The notes under the pieces were generated by a model. The model saw only the letters and a program-made list of their open reading frames with translations. It searched no databases and was not told where the DNA came from. 64,000 bases of DNA from Podarcis filfolensis. Its lineage: Eukaryota. Each line of letters begins with the position of its first letter. The stretch's first letter is position 1. The stretch is from assembly GCA_964270895.1 (NCBI GenBank), contig OZ185440.1; one strand, 5' to 3'. Made by a program: the position numbers and the translations under genes. This document shows, piece by piece, positions 36,690 through 50,258 of the stretch.

Positions 36690-37150
36690 TTACACTGTAG
36701 GAATCTACAGTGTTGCTAGGATGTTTAGATATAGAAACTGTGTGAACAACAACAACAGATGCTGAATTGCGACTAGATGAAAAGACCTTCATTTGCTGCC
36801 TTTTACAGGTTGGCATGATAAAATGTGGGAACCTTTAGTAATGGATGAAATTTCAGAAAGAGGCATATGACCTGCTCTTTTTAGAAAAATTGTTTCCATG
36901 TATTGTTAGCTCAGCAAAAATATTACATAGAAGACAAGTGCATCTAAATCAATATTTATTGTTTAATGTTAGAGAGGGAGAGAAAGAAAAAAACAAAGAA
37001 AAATCACCCCTCAACTGTAAATTTTAGTGATCTTTGATTTTTTGATACTGTGGATAATTTGAAATGTAGACGAAATATTGGTTGTTATTATTGCCTGTTT
37101 TGTCATTGCTTTCTTTTTTTCTTTTTTAATTAAAATCTATTAAAAATATA
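36690..37150 (+). mobile_element. Degenerate L1-clade 3' end
   Basis: The frame with stops IATR*KDLHLLPFTGWHDKMWEPLVMDEI resembles the L1 ORF2 C-terminus. It is followed by a T-rich UTR and an A-rich end. Confidence 0.4.
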
Positions 37151-37947
37151 GTTGGTGGTGATTATGGAGTATTGAACAGTTCTGAGAAACAGAACAGTAA
37201 AACAGTATTGCTGCACGTTCTGGGACAACGCCTACTTGGAGGGCCCTGGAGAATGAGAACTGTGTGTTTGCACAGCTAGCAGAAAGCCTGCTTCGTTGGT
37301 TCCATTCTGTTTCCCTTTTAAAAAGTCAACGGGGGGGGGGGGGAGCCCAGGGGCCCAAATCAGGGACTCAACTTGGAAAGCCCACTTTACTTTCTCTTTA
37401 CCATGGAGTCAGCTTTGAGAGACAGAGGAATTACCATCCGAATCTCTGCTATGCTGCAGTGTCACCCCCATGGTGGGGTGGGGTGGAAATGCAGCTTCCC
37501 AGACTGGTCAGGATCATGTGACTTGTGGAACCAATGGGGGCCTGGCTAGTTCTATACAATTCTTGATCCGAGGTGTGTTCTTCATTCTGAGTAATTTGCT
37601 GGGTGGATTAATAACACAGATTGCTACAGTTCTCATCTGCCCAAACTGTTACCCAACTTTCAGCCTGTGATTTTGTGCTCATGTATATGGGGCCACTGGA
37701 TAAGGGTGGGGCAGAACTTCAGTTAGTGAAACTATCTAGTTCATACTTCGTGTAACAATTTGTGGATCACAAGACAGACATCCTTCAAAAATGGCACTTC
37801 ATATTTTTCAATGTAGCTATCCAACCAAGGTTTGAACACAAAACAGCATGTGCATAAAATGCATACATTGGTGGAAACCACATATAAACATGGATTATAT
37901 TTGCAAAAGGTTAATATCAGGCAAAACTGCATACAAAAACATGTGTA

Positions 37948-38162
37948 CAGTGGTACCTCGGGTTAAGTACTTAATTCATTCTGGAGGTCCGTTCTTAACC
38001 TGAAACCGTTCTTAACCTAAGGCACCACTTTAGCTAATGGGGTCTCCCGCTGCCGCCGTACGATTTCTGTTCTCATCCTAAAGCAAAGTTCTTAACCTGA
38101 GATACTATTTCTGTGTTAGCGGAGTCTGTAACCTGAAGCGTCTGTAACCCGAGGTACCACTG
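37948..38162. mobile_element. Tigger/pogo-like MITE
   Basis: 18-bp TIR CAGTGGTACCTCGGGTTA with TA duplications on both sides. Confidence 0.9.
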
Positions 38163-38602
38163 TATTAGATGAAAATCACATTACAGAATGCTGATGAATT
38201 TTCAAGAGGACTTTGGGGGTGGGGAGCAAAACTGAATAAAACGTAAGGCTGGAAAAATGAGAAACTGAAACTGACACTTTCGCCTGTCCCTCTCTCTGGA
38301 TCTGAGTCTGTTTCACTTCTATAATGCCCAGATATTGGTGGTTGTATAACCCTGCAGGAGTGTGCATTGCAAGAACATGTGCCTGCAATATAGCTGTGAT
38401 CTGTAATATGGCAGTATGAATGCATGTCTCCAGCTTCAGATCACAGTACCTGTGTACAACCATCTGCAAATAAACCAGCAGACAGAGGATCCACTCCTTG
38501 AAGGAGGGAAAGCCATTGCTGTAGCTTCCCCTTAGCTTCCCAGCCTCCTCCTCATCTAATCTAAAATTAACTCCACTGTTCAGCTGCATTTAAGCAAAAC
38601 CA

Positions 38603-38616
38603 GTTGCCATGGCCAC
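38603..38616. promoter_or_regulatory. RFX X-box-like motif
   Basis: GTTGCCATGGCCAC matches 13/14 of GTTGCCATGGCAAC. Confidence 0.3.
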
Positions 38617-38799
38617 GCCAGGGGCTCCTGGATGTAGCGAACAAGGCAATCAGTTAAAATGAATAGCCACCGAGCTGATGCTTGCTGTAGGTTACATATG
38701 AAGTTCATTCACTTGTTAAACCTAATGGACTGGATTGCCCATGAATTGGAAATGTAAATTTTGTCTCTTTCAGTGGCTAGAGTTCGAAGCAGGAGAGAA

Positions 38800-38945
38800 A
38801 GCCAGGGAAAAATGTCGTCCGGCAGCTGCTGCTACCGCTGACATGAGCTGACAAACGCCGCAAGGCGTGACAGCTGACGGGTGGCGTCGGAAGGGCTGCG
38901 CTTTCGGCAAGTAAGTGGCAGAAATCACAAGGTTGAGCACCCCTA
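38800..38945. mobile_element. CpG-rich one-ended hAT-like fragment
   Basis: Right terminus GGTTGAGCACCCCTA. No matching left TIR seen. Confidence 0.35.
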
Positions 38946-39191
38946 GTAATTCCTCAGAAGGTGCCTATAATATTTAGTTAGTGCCTGTCCTGGTGTTTTC
39001 TCCATTAATGCTGCTATTCCTTTAATCTTGACCCCTGCTACTTACATAGCCCCTTTATGATTATAGGACCTTTGCAGGCAAAACCATTAGAACTGTGAAA
39101 AGCAATGTCCCTGTGGCTTCATAGACATGACCATTTTTGACAGTAGTTATAACACTGAAGTATATCACCACTGTTTCTAATATCCAGCATG

Positions 39192-39192
<1 letters not shown>

Positions 39193-39240
<48 letters not shown>
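39193..39240. repeat. (AC)24 microsatellite
   Basis: Perfect dinucleotide run. Confidence 0.98.
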
Positions 39241-39241
<1 letters not shown>

Positions 39242-40193
39242 ATCCCCTCCCTCTCCAATGTAAGATGTCGTCAAAAGTCACAGATTTTAGGGGTGTGTGC
39301 GGCATGGCAGGGAGTGAACCTCAGCAAATTTGAAATACCCAAACAAGATTAAATTGCAAAAGTTAAAAGTATAGTCAGATAACATTTGTTGTGATGAGAT
39401 GCAGAGCTTCTTCCTCAAAATAATAAGTTCAGATGCAATGCTGAAACAGTTTAGCATTGTAAGAATGAATCTAGGCAAAGTGCAGCCATGGGGATTTTTG
39501 AACCCAAGAAACTGTGGCTGATCTTGCCAATGGTTTGCTGAAACAAGCCAACTTCCAACTGTGTTGTAAGAATCTAGATCGTTTGAGCAAATCACAGTTA
39601 AGATAAACCACAGTTCAGCTTTGATCACAACACTAAACTGTGGTTATTATAAAACTGAAGCAGAAGCTTCCAATACCTTCTTCACAGCCACCCTGGAGGA
39701 GAAGGGTGTTTGAATGGCTGATCCTCATAATGCCAAACCTTGGTTTAGTGTTACATGTGAACCCCACAACCCTTATTTTAAAGCAAAGAAATGCATGCCA
39801 TTTGCATGCAAACCTCTTGTAATTTTTTCTACAAAAATAGTGTCTTTCTGTGCAAAGCCAGTGAGCTGGCCAGAGTTATAGGAGCTGCTGGAAAACTTGT
39901 GGTTTGAAACACAGATGGCAGATACTACCTGCCCAGCCCTATCATCCCTAAATGGGATCCTGGATACAGGAAAACATTTCCATGGTAGTCACATGTTGCC
40001 AGTTAGGAGCACTGGTAAGGGTTGGCCCAGGGGACTTTGGTGTGTGTGTGCTGGACCTCTTAAACTTAATTTTTTAAGGCAACAACAACTTTGCTTTTAG
40101 GGTGGCTGGGCACAGTGCTTGTGAGAACCAGTCATGTTCCATGGAAATTTGCCCAGAGGTCCCCAAATGACAGCCACAATTTGCATGTATGTA

Positions 40194-40365
40194 TAGGAAC
40201 ATAAGAAGCTGCCTTGTACCAGATTATTACTGGTCCATCTAGGTCAGTATTGTCCACACTCACTGGCAATGGCTCTCCAGGCCCTACCAGGAGATGCCAG
40301 GGATTGAACCTGGAACCTTGTGAATGCAAAGAAGATGCTCTACCACTGAGCTATGACGCTTCCCC
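40194..40365 (-). mobile_element. tRNA(Ala-like)-derived SINE with CR1-like ATGTTCCT tail
   Basis: The minus strand head TAGCTCAGTGGTAGAGCATC..GGTTCAATCCCTGG has A and B boxes. The tail is CTAGATGGACC..GGCAGCTTCTTATGTTCCTA. Confidence 0.8.
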
Positions 40366-40399
40366 TGCTCTGAGTGTCCTTCTCCTCCATTCAAAATAA

Positions 40400-40657
40400 G
40401 AACAAGAAACCAGGTCTTCTCAGGTATCACCTTTGGAATGCCCTTCTCAGTGAGGTTTGTCTATTTTTCGGTTGCTGCCAGGTGAAAACCTTTTATTTGG
40501 CCAGGTCTTTTAATTTGCTGAGTTTTATATTACCCTGGAAGTTGATTGCTGCTGTGTTCTAATGCGTTTTACTGTTAGTCATTTTATTCTTAATGTTGCT
40601 CTGAGAGCTTTGGCTGAAGTGCAAGCAGCTAATAAAAGTTTTAAATGAATAAATAAA
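40400..40657 (+). mobile_element. Old L2 3' end
   Basis: CTTTGGAATGCCCT (LWNAL motif), GCCAGGTGAAAAC and the TAAATAAAT tail. Confidence 0.6.
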
Positions 40658-40796
40658 TTTTACTATATATAATATATGAGGAAGGCAAAGAGCGTAGGTC
40701 GTGCTCTGCCGTTGGCCCAGTCAGTGACACATTTCTAGTGCCTGTTGGTGTTGATTTTTACAAAGAATGATGGAGTGAGAGGATCTTGGCCTCATT

Positions 40797-40972
40797 CAAC
40801 TCAGCTGGACCTGGGCACAAGAGCACTCTGCCCTCCTGCAGTTTCCATCAACCAGCATTCAGAAGCACAACTGCATGGAAGCAGGGCATAGCCATAATAG
40901 CTAGTAGCCATCAATAGACTTCTCCTTCATTCATTTGTCTAATCCCTTTCTAAAGCATCTAAATTGGTTGTG
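40797..40972 (-). mobile_element. CR1 3' UTR fragment
   Basis: CACAAGAGCACTCT..ATTCAGAAGCA..GCTAGTAGCCATCAATAG..TTTGTCTAATCC. Confidence 0.65.
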
Positions 40973-43954
40973 AGATGTCCAGAGAACCGTGTTATTGGGC
41001 AGCCTATAATCTATGCTGTAAATACACAAATAAAGTTGGCAGAAACAAAATGGCAGCTGGGCCAATGAAAGAAGAACTTTGGTGCTGCCTATAGCTGAAG
41101 CCAAAAGACACCTACCATGACTGCAGTGCTAATGGTGAATCACCCCCTGATTCCGATTCTGAATTTTGTAGGGATGTGCACTGGATTCAACCAAAGCCTG
41201 AACTGAATTGGTTCAGTTGGGGGCCAAGGATCCAAGTTTGGGCCAAGTCAGGTTGAGACAACCCTGGATCACCCTGGGTCAGGTTGGACCACCTGGAGCT
41301 ATCTAGGACTGGCAGGGGTGAGGCATCAAGCAGGAAGGCTGCTGGTGAGTAGAGCATTTGGTCCTGTGGGCTGTTGGTTGTTGGTTGTTCCTTCTCAATG
41401 GTCTTCCCCACAGGCATTGATCCTTCCTACTCTGGGTCTGGAGGGTGAGATCAGATGCAGCTTCTCCTTCCACTGTTCCTCTCTCCACCATATGCTTAAT
41501 TATTAAACGTTATCCCTGCCAGGCTGGATGTTCCTCAGGTCATGGACAATCCAGGACTCTGAACCAGGGGCAGAGAGGGTGCTCCGCACAGCCCTGGAAT
41601 TTTGCACCTCTACTGAAAAGACAGAGCAATACTGTCCCAAACTTTGCTGCCTGCAAATGGGGTGATGAAATTCAAGGTCCATTTGGGTTCAGTCAGTCAG
41701 ATAAATCCTGGTTAAAACATCATTAAATATATTATACAGTCCATATAAATATATATTGGCTATACATTAATAGGTTTTAATGAACTATTGCATATCCAGT
41801 GCTATAAACAGTTACCATTGAAACAGGATCCTGGCTGCTTGGGATCAGCTGCAGTTACTGCCCCCCTGCTAGAATGAATAAGATACTTTATACTATGTAT
41901 AAATAGTATGCATGCTATGTTTGTCATACCTTACTTACTGCTAGGAAATAAACTGCAAAAGAGGTGTGATGTTCTGCTCTTTCGTCTTATATTTTTCTTA
42001 AGGATTCTGCTACAACCAAATCATCCCTTTATTGTTCCTAACCCAGCAGCCCAAAAGTGCCAGCAAAAAAGTTAATACCAAATTAACTTACCAATTTTGT
42101 GTTCAAATGTCAAAAATAAAATAAAAATTGAACATAAGAGAAAAATTTAGCTCAAAGAAGACTTGAGTTATTTCCAACACTGAAGCAGTCTTAATTTAAA
42201 TTAGGAGTGAAGAATTGAAACACCGTATTTAAATGATTTTTTTTAAATACCCAGAAAAAGGAAGATAAAGTAGAAATCAAAATAAAAGCAATACAAGCAT
42301 CAATACATACATTTTACAGCAAAAGATTCATACTGGGTGATATTTGAACTTCTCTGAAGTATTCTTTCTCAACAGCAAGGCTTCTTCAATATTCTAGATG
42401 TGTTTACTATCACTTGGATGGGATATCAGCCTCAAATAACCAGCATGCTTAGCTCTAGTTAATGCACAAAGGGGTTAAGACCACAGAGTAAGCTAATTTG
42501 CCAAAATCAGCTTGGTCATGCCTTCTCACCTTGGGATGAAGGGTTAAGCAAAGGTCTCTGTTCACTCTCTTCCACCATGTGAATCTGACCAGAAAGGACA
42601 TTTGGACTGATCATGCCAAGCCTAGACCATGTGTTTAGAAACATTTCACCAAATTTTGAAACTAGGTGTTACTGCCCGTGTTTGCTGCTGTATGGAAAAG
42701 CACACGAACCTGACCTTTGAAGAGGTTGTAAGTAAACCATTTTTAACTTGCCAAACTCTGTGGTCTTTTCTAAGCTAAAGGGGAAGCATTGGAAGCGATT
42801 TAAAATGGGATAGTCTAACAGCCTATAGTTTGATGCTTTACTTTGCTGCATGTTTTGTGATTTAAAATCTCTGCTGGGACTCTATTATCAGGGAGTACTT
42901 GCCCCAAATCTGGATCTAGGCATTCAGGGAAATCTTTTATTATTACCAAATAATAACCAAAACTAACACGTTCTTTCTATGCCAACTAATGGATCCACAA
43001 CTTAGTTACTTATCATTTGCTGATTCTGTGCAACAATCACATGTGTACCGGTAATTAGGATTTTGATCTACCAGGAAATTGCTGCCACTCTGAGAATTGC
43101 ACATAGACAATATGTGCTTATGACATTAGCCCACTGAAATACAGTAACGTACAGCTGGATAGGGACCCTGTTCAACCAGAAGGCTGCATTCCATTTTCAA
43201 CAGCCTCCCAGGGGCCACGGGCCAGAAGCAAATGTAGGCAGAGCAACACATGTTAAATTACCTTTCCAATGACTTGTTTCTACACATACAAGCGGCAACC
43301 ATTTTTGGCACATCCAACTGACATACAGCTGCTGATGTGTGGGTCCTTTTTGGACCTGGGAGAGGGAGGAATGGGGGCAGAATGGTGGGGTGGAATAGGG
43401 CAGGCTGGGCTTAGGCACATTCTGCTGACATTCACTTTGACCCAGAATACCACCTTCGGAGAACTGGGGAGCTGCCTGTAATCAAACATCCCTCTCTATC
43501 TTCCATTCAAACAAGCAAGAGGATTTTTAAGAGTTCAAGAATAAATTCCAATCAGCAAAAAATACTCAAGGAGGTGTAAGCAAGGCCAGTGAGGGGTATG
43601 GCCTGGGAAAAGTCCAGAGAGCAAGACAGAGAGACCTGGAGGGCTGAATTTGCACGCACACACGCAGACTTGAGGTTTCCCATCCCTGGTGTAAAGCAAC
43701 ATGCCAGCCAATGTGAGTATAATATTGTTGTCAAACTGTTTATTCAAAGACTTGATTCTGATAAACAATTAGTGCCCTTAATATGTAGTGGGAGATTTTG
43801 TACCATATTTTGTAATTTTAAGTCAATACAGAGACAGCAAGAGAGATCCTTTCGGTTGTTGTATTGTTTCCAGAAGAATGGTTGTGTCTAGGGTGGCTGG
43901 CTTTGTGCACTTGGTAACATATAAAACCCTCCAGGAGCAAGACTGATAAGGAAA

Positions 43955-45260
43955 TTGTCTGTCAGATCTCTTTACCCCAATATACATGATAATGATGGGA
44001 TTCAGTCTTTAAAATAAACATCAGAACATAGGTTATCATCACTTTAGCTACAGCAGATCCCTGCTTGTAATAACTTTACATTCAATGGACAACACTGCCT
44101 ACGAATACAGGATACAGCTGTCTGTGGGCACCTGCTTGACTCCATTTTATGCAAAGCTGTTTGTGGGGAAACTTGAACAAGGCATCCTGAAAGAGCCTAT
44201 TTGTAAACCACTTATATGGCAGTGGTATGTTGCTGATGACTTTGTGATATCACCAACTGTATATATCCCTCTTTCAAGTTTGCGTTTGGTAACACCACCG
44301 ATAAGCCATCCATCCCTTTCCTTGAGCCCTACCACCAGAAACAACAAAAAAAGTCACTGATCACAACAACAAATGCACTGATGCCCACAGCTATCTAGAG
44401 TGGAAATACAGGCATTCCAGACATATGAAGAGAAGCATTATCCACAGCTCGAATCAAAGTCATCTGCAACAACAAAGAAAACGATCAAAGAACCAGTTAA
44501 CCTGAAGAACACCATCTGCACAGAGGATATCCTCTACATGTTAATACAACATCTACCAGGAAAGCATTTTACCTGAAAACATGTTCTCCATGAAAGTGAT
44601 GTATCAGTCAACAAAAACCACCTTATTCTGTGTTTAGTAGATTTCTATCCAAAATCTCCTAGGTATCACCCGGCAATCAGAGAAAGCTACCCATTACTAG
44701 CAAATTCAGAACATCTTGCTCAAGCAATCAGCAAGCCTCCTGTTATAGCATTCTGCCAGGCTCCAATCTATGGAGACTATTAGTGAAAGTTGTACTGAAG
44801 CCACCAATCAGCAATCCTAGATCACATCCTCATGACTCAAAACACTGTATTGCCTGTGTTTATCTCATGCAGACAGTTACCTTCAAAAGCACTATGACTG
44901 GCATAATTTATTATATCAAACAAAACATCACTTGTGGGCCGTGCAATGTAGTTTATTTCAATGAGTGCAAATGCCCAGAATGCCACTCAGTTCATGGGTA
45001 AAACAACAACTGATCTACGCACACTTTTTAGGAACCATAAGTCCACAACCTTGATTGGAAAAATGGAAAAACTAGTTGCAAAGCACTTCAATTTGAATCA
45101 CAGTGTCTCTGATTTATCAGTTGTTGTAACAGAGATGGCCGTCTGACCCAAGAGCATTGGAAACATCTGGGTCTATAAACTTGATGTTGACACCACATGA
45201 GCTCAGCTCAGACAATACTATTACCTGACATCACTCACCTACAGAAATGCTATACCTCTG
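43955..45260 (+). mobile_element. Penelope-like retroelement relic (RT + GIY-YIG endonuclease)
   Basis: Frameshifted motifs in order: VRSLYPNIHDNDGI; NNFTFNGQH..IQ; FYAKLFVGKLEQ..KPLIWQWYVADDF; HSYLEW..RHMKRSII; NITC..NVVY..GKTTTDLRTLFRNHKS; VAKHFN..HSVSDL; IWVYKL. Confidence 0.9.
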
Positions 45261-45299
45261 ACTATTCCATCCTCAGTGTCCTAGAACTGTCAATCTCTT

Positions 45300-45643
45300 G
45301 GGGTATGGGCGGGGAGTCTCGGGCCCCAATGTGGCCCTCTGGGCCTCTCTGCCTGGCCCTTGGAACTCTTCCCAGGCCACGGTCCCTCTCCACAGGTCAC
45401 ACCTCTCATTGACCCTGCTTTGCCCCCCAAGCATTTTTGCCTGGAAAAGAATATGCCCTTGAGATCTGATAATGCCTCTTTGGTATAATGCTGTGGGTGG
45501 TAACTAGCCTACTGTACAAAGATAAATTTTAATTCATTGCAACACCCACTTTTGCCCCTAGCCACACCCACCACTGCCACGTAACCCTTGGAAACTCGCT
45601 CAAAAGAGATCACAGTCCTTGGGCTGAAAATTGTTCCCTGCTC
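45300..45643. mobile_element. Degenerate hAT MITE
   Basis: GGGGAGTCTCGGGCCC..GTGGCCCTC left end and CCTTGGGCTGAAAATTGTTCCCTG right end. Confidence 0.45.
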
Positions 45644-48002
45644 TATATTTCTGTTTTTCTTTCATCCCTCTGTCTTTCTTCACTCCCCCCCTCTCTTTCT
45701 GTCTCCTCTTCCCCTCCTCCTTGCCACCCACATGAAATTAGACAGAGGGTCACATTAAATTGCATGGAGGGCCATCTCTGGCCCTGAGGCTGCCCACCTC
45801 TGTTCTAAACCCTGGAGCTCTGAATAAATTAATCTTTCTGATGAACTAGATATCCAAACACCACAATATTTCAAACCTGCTGCACAAGCACAAATTCAAA
45901 TATTCTTTCCCCAAAGACCAGCATTTGAATCAATACTTAAAAAAGAAAGAAAAAAGCAGTTTCATAGTACTCCTCCTGGGGTTTGCTCTGAACACGATTC
46001 CCCAGAGCAGCCTTTATTTGTTCATCGTGCTGTTTCTCATAAAAAAATTTGGAAGAGAAAAACATAATGTGTCATTGCCTTGTCCCTCTCAAGTATGCTA
46101 CTTTTACTCTTAAAGCAAGACTTGTATCCTACTCCACCTTATATGTGAATGGGACAAACTATGAATACCAGTGACAATTTATGAATGTAAACTGGAAATC
46201 CTTTGATTTGCATTTGCATCTTGCCTTTCCCCCAAAGAGCTCAGGATGCAGCAAGAAGTGGTGGCTGCCCAAGTCTTTAGTATGTCTGTTCCATGACTGA
46301 GCAGGATTTTGCACCCATCTCTCCTAAATCAGAGTTTAACATTCTATCCGTTACACCCCTCTGACTCCCACGTATTTAAGGCCACAGTCCAATGGAGCAC
46401 TCACTCTTATTCAGCCTCTTGTTTGACAACAGGTGGTGACTTATCCTTTATTTTGAACAAAGGTCATCCTCTTAAATGCCTCACTGGATTCATTGCTTTT
46501 ATGCATGTGACTGACCAGTGCAATTGCTGTGCTGCCTCCTTGACCTCAATGCGTGACCCAATGACACTATTAATTAGTGGCATTTTTCAGAAGGTTCAAC
46601 TGATTGCATTCATTTACTAATTGGATTCCAGCACAACTATAAACTAAATTGGACGGGTTTGGTTTCTCCCCAACACCCACATTACCTATAACACTTGCAA
46701 AATGGAACTGTTTTACTTGCCTGGCTTTTATGTTGGTTAAATAATTGATTGCTAATTGTTGTTGTCCCTTCATTACCCACCATCATTACTGTAAAGGGCA
46801 AGCTAGAGTTTGTTTGCTGGGTCTAGTGACTTGGGCAAAAGTCAAGCCTGCATAGAAATGATCAAAGCTGGATCCTCATTATGTGCTAGCATAAGTACAT
46901 CTCCATAGATTTCAGCACCGTCACTCTGATTTATATTGGCTAAGGATCTAACCCAGAATAAAACTCATGATCTGTCTTGCTCTTAATGGCTTTATTTACT
47001 AATCTGGGGAAAATGAACTTTCCCTCTGACAGACAGCACAGCCATCATCTCTGAATAAAAAGGCTCCTGCTCTTAGCAACCCACAAATTATAGCTATGCT
47101 GAGTGTTTTATCAGTAACAGTTCTACCCTGACAATTTATGTGTGGCCAGGCAGAACCCATTTGGAATACTCAAGCACGCCGACTCTTTGATAAGTTGCAT
47201 TTGGGTCTTCAGATGCTTCGCATTATAAACAAAGAGGATGAGTTATATATAGTAAATAGGGACCCTGGCAGGGTGGCTGGGTTGGAAACACATTCTCCAT
47301 TGTGTGTCAATAATTGCAGGAGTCTCTCTTCTCTGTGTTATAACTTTCCTTTTACTATATAACTCTGGTGCCTTTGTCTGATCCTTATGGCATCCAATAG
47401 GTGGAAGCTAGCTTTGAAAATATAGGCTCCTGACTGGTCTTTAACTTGGTAGATGTGATGCTGTATCTGTGCCAAACCACAGGCCAGTGGAGTCTAACAT
47501 CCAAGGCTGAATGAACCATTATGCTAGGCAAACAGCAAACTAAGGCCAAATGGAAATGCTTTTGTGGTGCAATTAGGATTGCTTCAAGAGCATGATCTTT
47601 GTACTAGGGTCTTGCAACATTTAAATTGCTTAGATCAATTTAGAACATTATGTCTACTCCTACAGCACAAAACATGAGAACAGTGGGCCAGTTTCCAGTT
47701 AGAATACTGGTAGATTTGCCGCTATCAGGAACAGAATATAGTGTTTACTGCCAAATATATCAACAGCAACATATAATGGGCAATCACAAGGTTCTCAGCG
47801 TGCGGCTAGGTGTACATTGAGCAAAGGTGTGTTCACACTGGCAGTGTATTGTGATGTGTGGGGGAAATTGCAGTTAAACGTAAGTATGACTAAGTGCTAG
47901 TTAGCTCATGAAAGGGTTAAGACCAAGGAGGTCTGTTCCTGGACTCAGCTAGGTCACATCTGCTCATCTCTGTGAGGGAGGAAGTGTAACTCTCACCAGC
48001 CT

Positions 48003-48072
48003 TATCCAGCATGGCCATGGGGGCTGATGGGAGTTGTAGTCTAAAACATCTGGAGAACACCAGGTTGTCAGT
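48003..48072. mobile_element. Half copy of fold-back hAT MITE
   Basis: GGGGCTGATGGGAGTTGTAGTCTAAAACATCTGGAG..CAGGTTG. Confidence 0.55.
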
Positions 48073-50258
48073 GGCTGGTTTAAGCAATACCAAATAGGTA
48101 CCACTTGCAGAACCTATTCCACAAGACAATGCCATCACAATCTTGGGGAAGAATTGCATTTTCCAAGACAGTACACTTTGAACAGCCTCAGTGAGAAACA
48201 TTGGCTTTTTAGTCTGTTTTTGTTGTTTTCCAGAGTGTTGAGCCATTATTTCTCATGATACTTTTTTCTTCCCCATTATATTTTTTGCAAGTATTTGTAG
48301 TACTTCAAAAACCTGCTGAATGTGCTGGACCAGAGACAAGGAAAACGAGAATAAGTATGCATATATACCATGGGTAACAATCATGGCTCTGTTGTATTAG
48401 GTTCAGTTGGCTTAAGAATGATTGGCCCCACTGTCATAAAATGAGATTTCTTCACAACAGAAGCAATATATTGAGAGAAGACATCTGCACCTCAAACAAC
48501 AAATAAGCAGAGCATTGTGCAACTATGTATTTACTGGACGGGGGTGGAGGAAGAGAGAGAGAGATAGTTGCATCCAGCCCATTGATATGAACACTGACAG
48601 AACAGAGAGCCTGTTTAATGGACAAGAAGGGCAGGTAACCTGGATGTGATTCAACACAGAGCTCACATGCCCTTTGATGTGAACTTGCAAGGATCAGCTC
48701 ATTCAAGAAAAACCCTTTAACCAAGGCTCCAATGTCATGAGATATTTGGCATCTTCAGAACTGACTGACACCTACTCTGTGGTACATGGGGATTTTCTTT
48801 GCTAAGCCACTCACAACCCATTGGTCATAGATAATTGGATAGTCCTTATATAATGTATAATCCAGCATGTGCACATGAGCACCCAGACACTGAGAAATGA
48901 ACCGCTTACCAAGGACAGGCATAAGAGACGTGCACTTGGAGAGTGGAACCTTGTTAACTTTTAGACTTATGAAGCTGCCATTTCATAAACCCTCTGAAGA
49001 AACAAATTGTCCCTCCCCATTTCTCAGTTTAAAATTAATAGCAGAAACATCCAGTTACGGCCGATAGGTAGCTGGACACCATCTGATTGCCACTGAACAT
49101 GAGCCGTATCTTATCTTCCTCCTTTGCAACTGCTCAGAGAAAGAATTATAAACTGGTTGCCTGGGAGACGAGAACGGCACTGCTTTGGGTGATGGGGAGT
49201 TCTGCTGCACCCAGGACTCACTTAAGGCTGCTTCACACAGCAATAAACCCAAGTTTGTTACCAACATTCAAGAAGGACCTGCCAAATCTCTGGGCTTTCC
49301 GTTGAGCTTGTGTGTTCTGTTTTGGTTTTTTAAAAAATGCTATTTGCATTCACACTTTACATTTTTCAGAGTATTCTTAAGGGGTAGATGACACAAAAGC
49401 TGATGTCTAAAAAGAGAGATGCCAAGGGATGGACTGCAACCTACCTAGAATCCAGTATCTCTGAACTAGAATTGCCATGCAATTTCAGACACATGGATCA
49501 GTCAGTGGTTGCTCAAGTGAAGGGAGAAATGCACTCTTCATATGCCCAGATAGACTTTTTCTCTTTGGGTTTCTTTACATGGTCCAGAGATGAGCTCTTG
49601 TGAACAGGTTCTGAGCTGAGACCTGAATCAAATTTATTTATTTCATAACATTTATACACTGCTTGATTGTTGTTGTTTTTTTTAAAAAAAAATTGAAGTT
49701 GTTTTTTTACAAAGTTAAACCCAGGTAATGTCTATGGAGATGGCAGAAGAGCAGGGAGGAGGGGAGATGGGGACTCACCATTTTTATACATTATGGCTGT
49801 AACTTGCCTTCCTCTCAACCCCCATTTCGTCTGGAAAAACATTATGTACCTGCATCAATCAGCTCCTATACACATGCCCAATGGAAGAAGAAAAAGACAT
49901 TATCTCAATGAACCGAGGGTCCTTAGACCTTATCTTTGCCACTCTTGGTAATTTCTCTAGGGAGGATTTCTGCTTGCTGCCTCTACTTTTAGTGCTAATC
50001 AGCCATTTCCGGCTGCAAGGATGTATTGATCGGATAACGCGGGGTGATAGGCAGAGGTGGGAAAGAGAAAACTGAGCAAGTACAGAAGAGCATTACCTCC
50101 TTTAGATACTGCAGCTGTCAGCTTGGAGAAGAGGCAGACTGCATCCCATACAGAGCAACTTGCCAGTATACAAACATTAGGATGCTGATATGACCTCCAG
50201 TGGGGGTTCAAGAGAACACCTCAAGGGGAAGCAAGCTCTGGGAGAAAAGGCAGTATTG

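Noticed and set aside
41857-41872. CTCF-like CTAGCAGGGGGGCAGT on the minus strand
   Set aside because: One extra G breaks the core spacing.
43345-43405. G-rich tract as a G-quadruplex
   Set aside because: It lacks four G3 runs with consecutive loops of 7 nt or less.
45838-45865. CTGATGAA downstream of the Penelope relic as a hammerhead candidate
   Set aside because: No stem II pairing and no GAAAC.
48910-48993. 84-nt minus-strand segment with a good acceptor and donor
   Set aside because: It has stops in all three frames and no other support.
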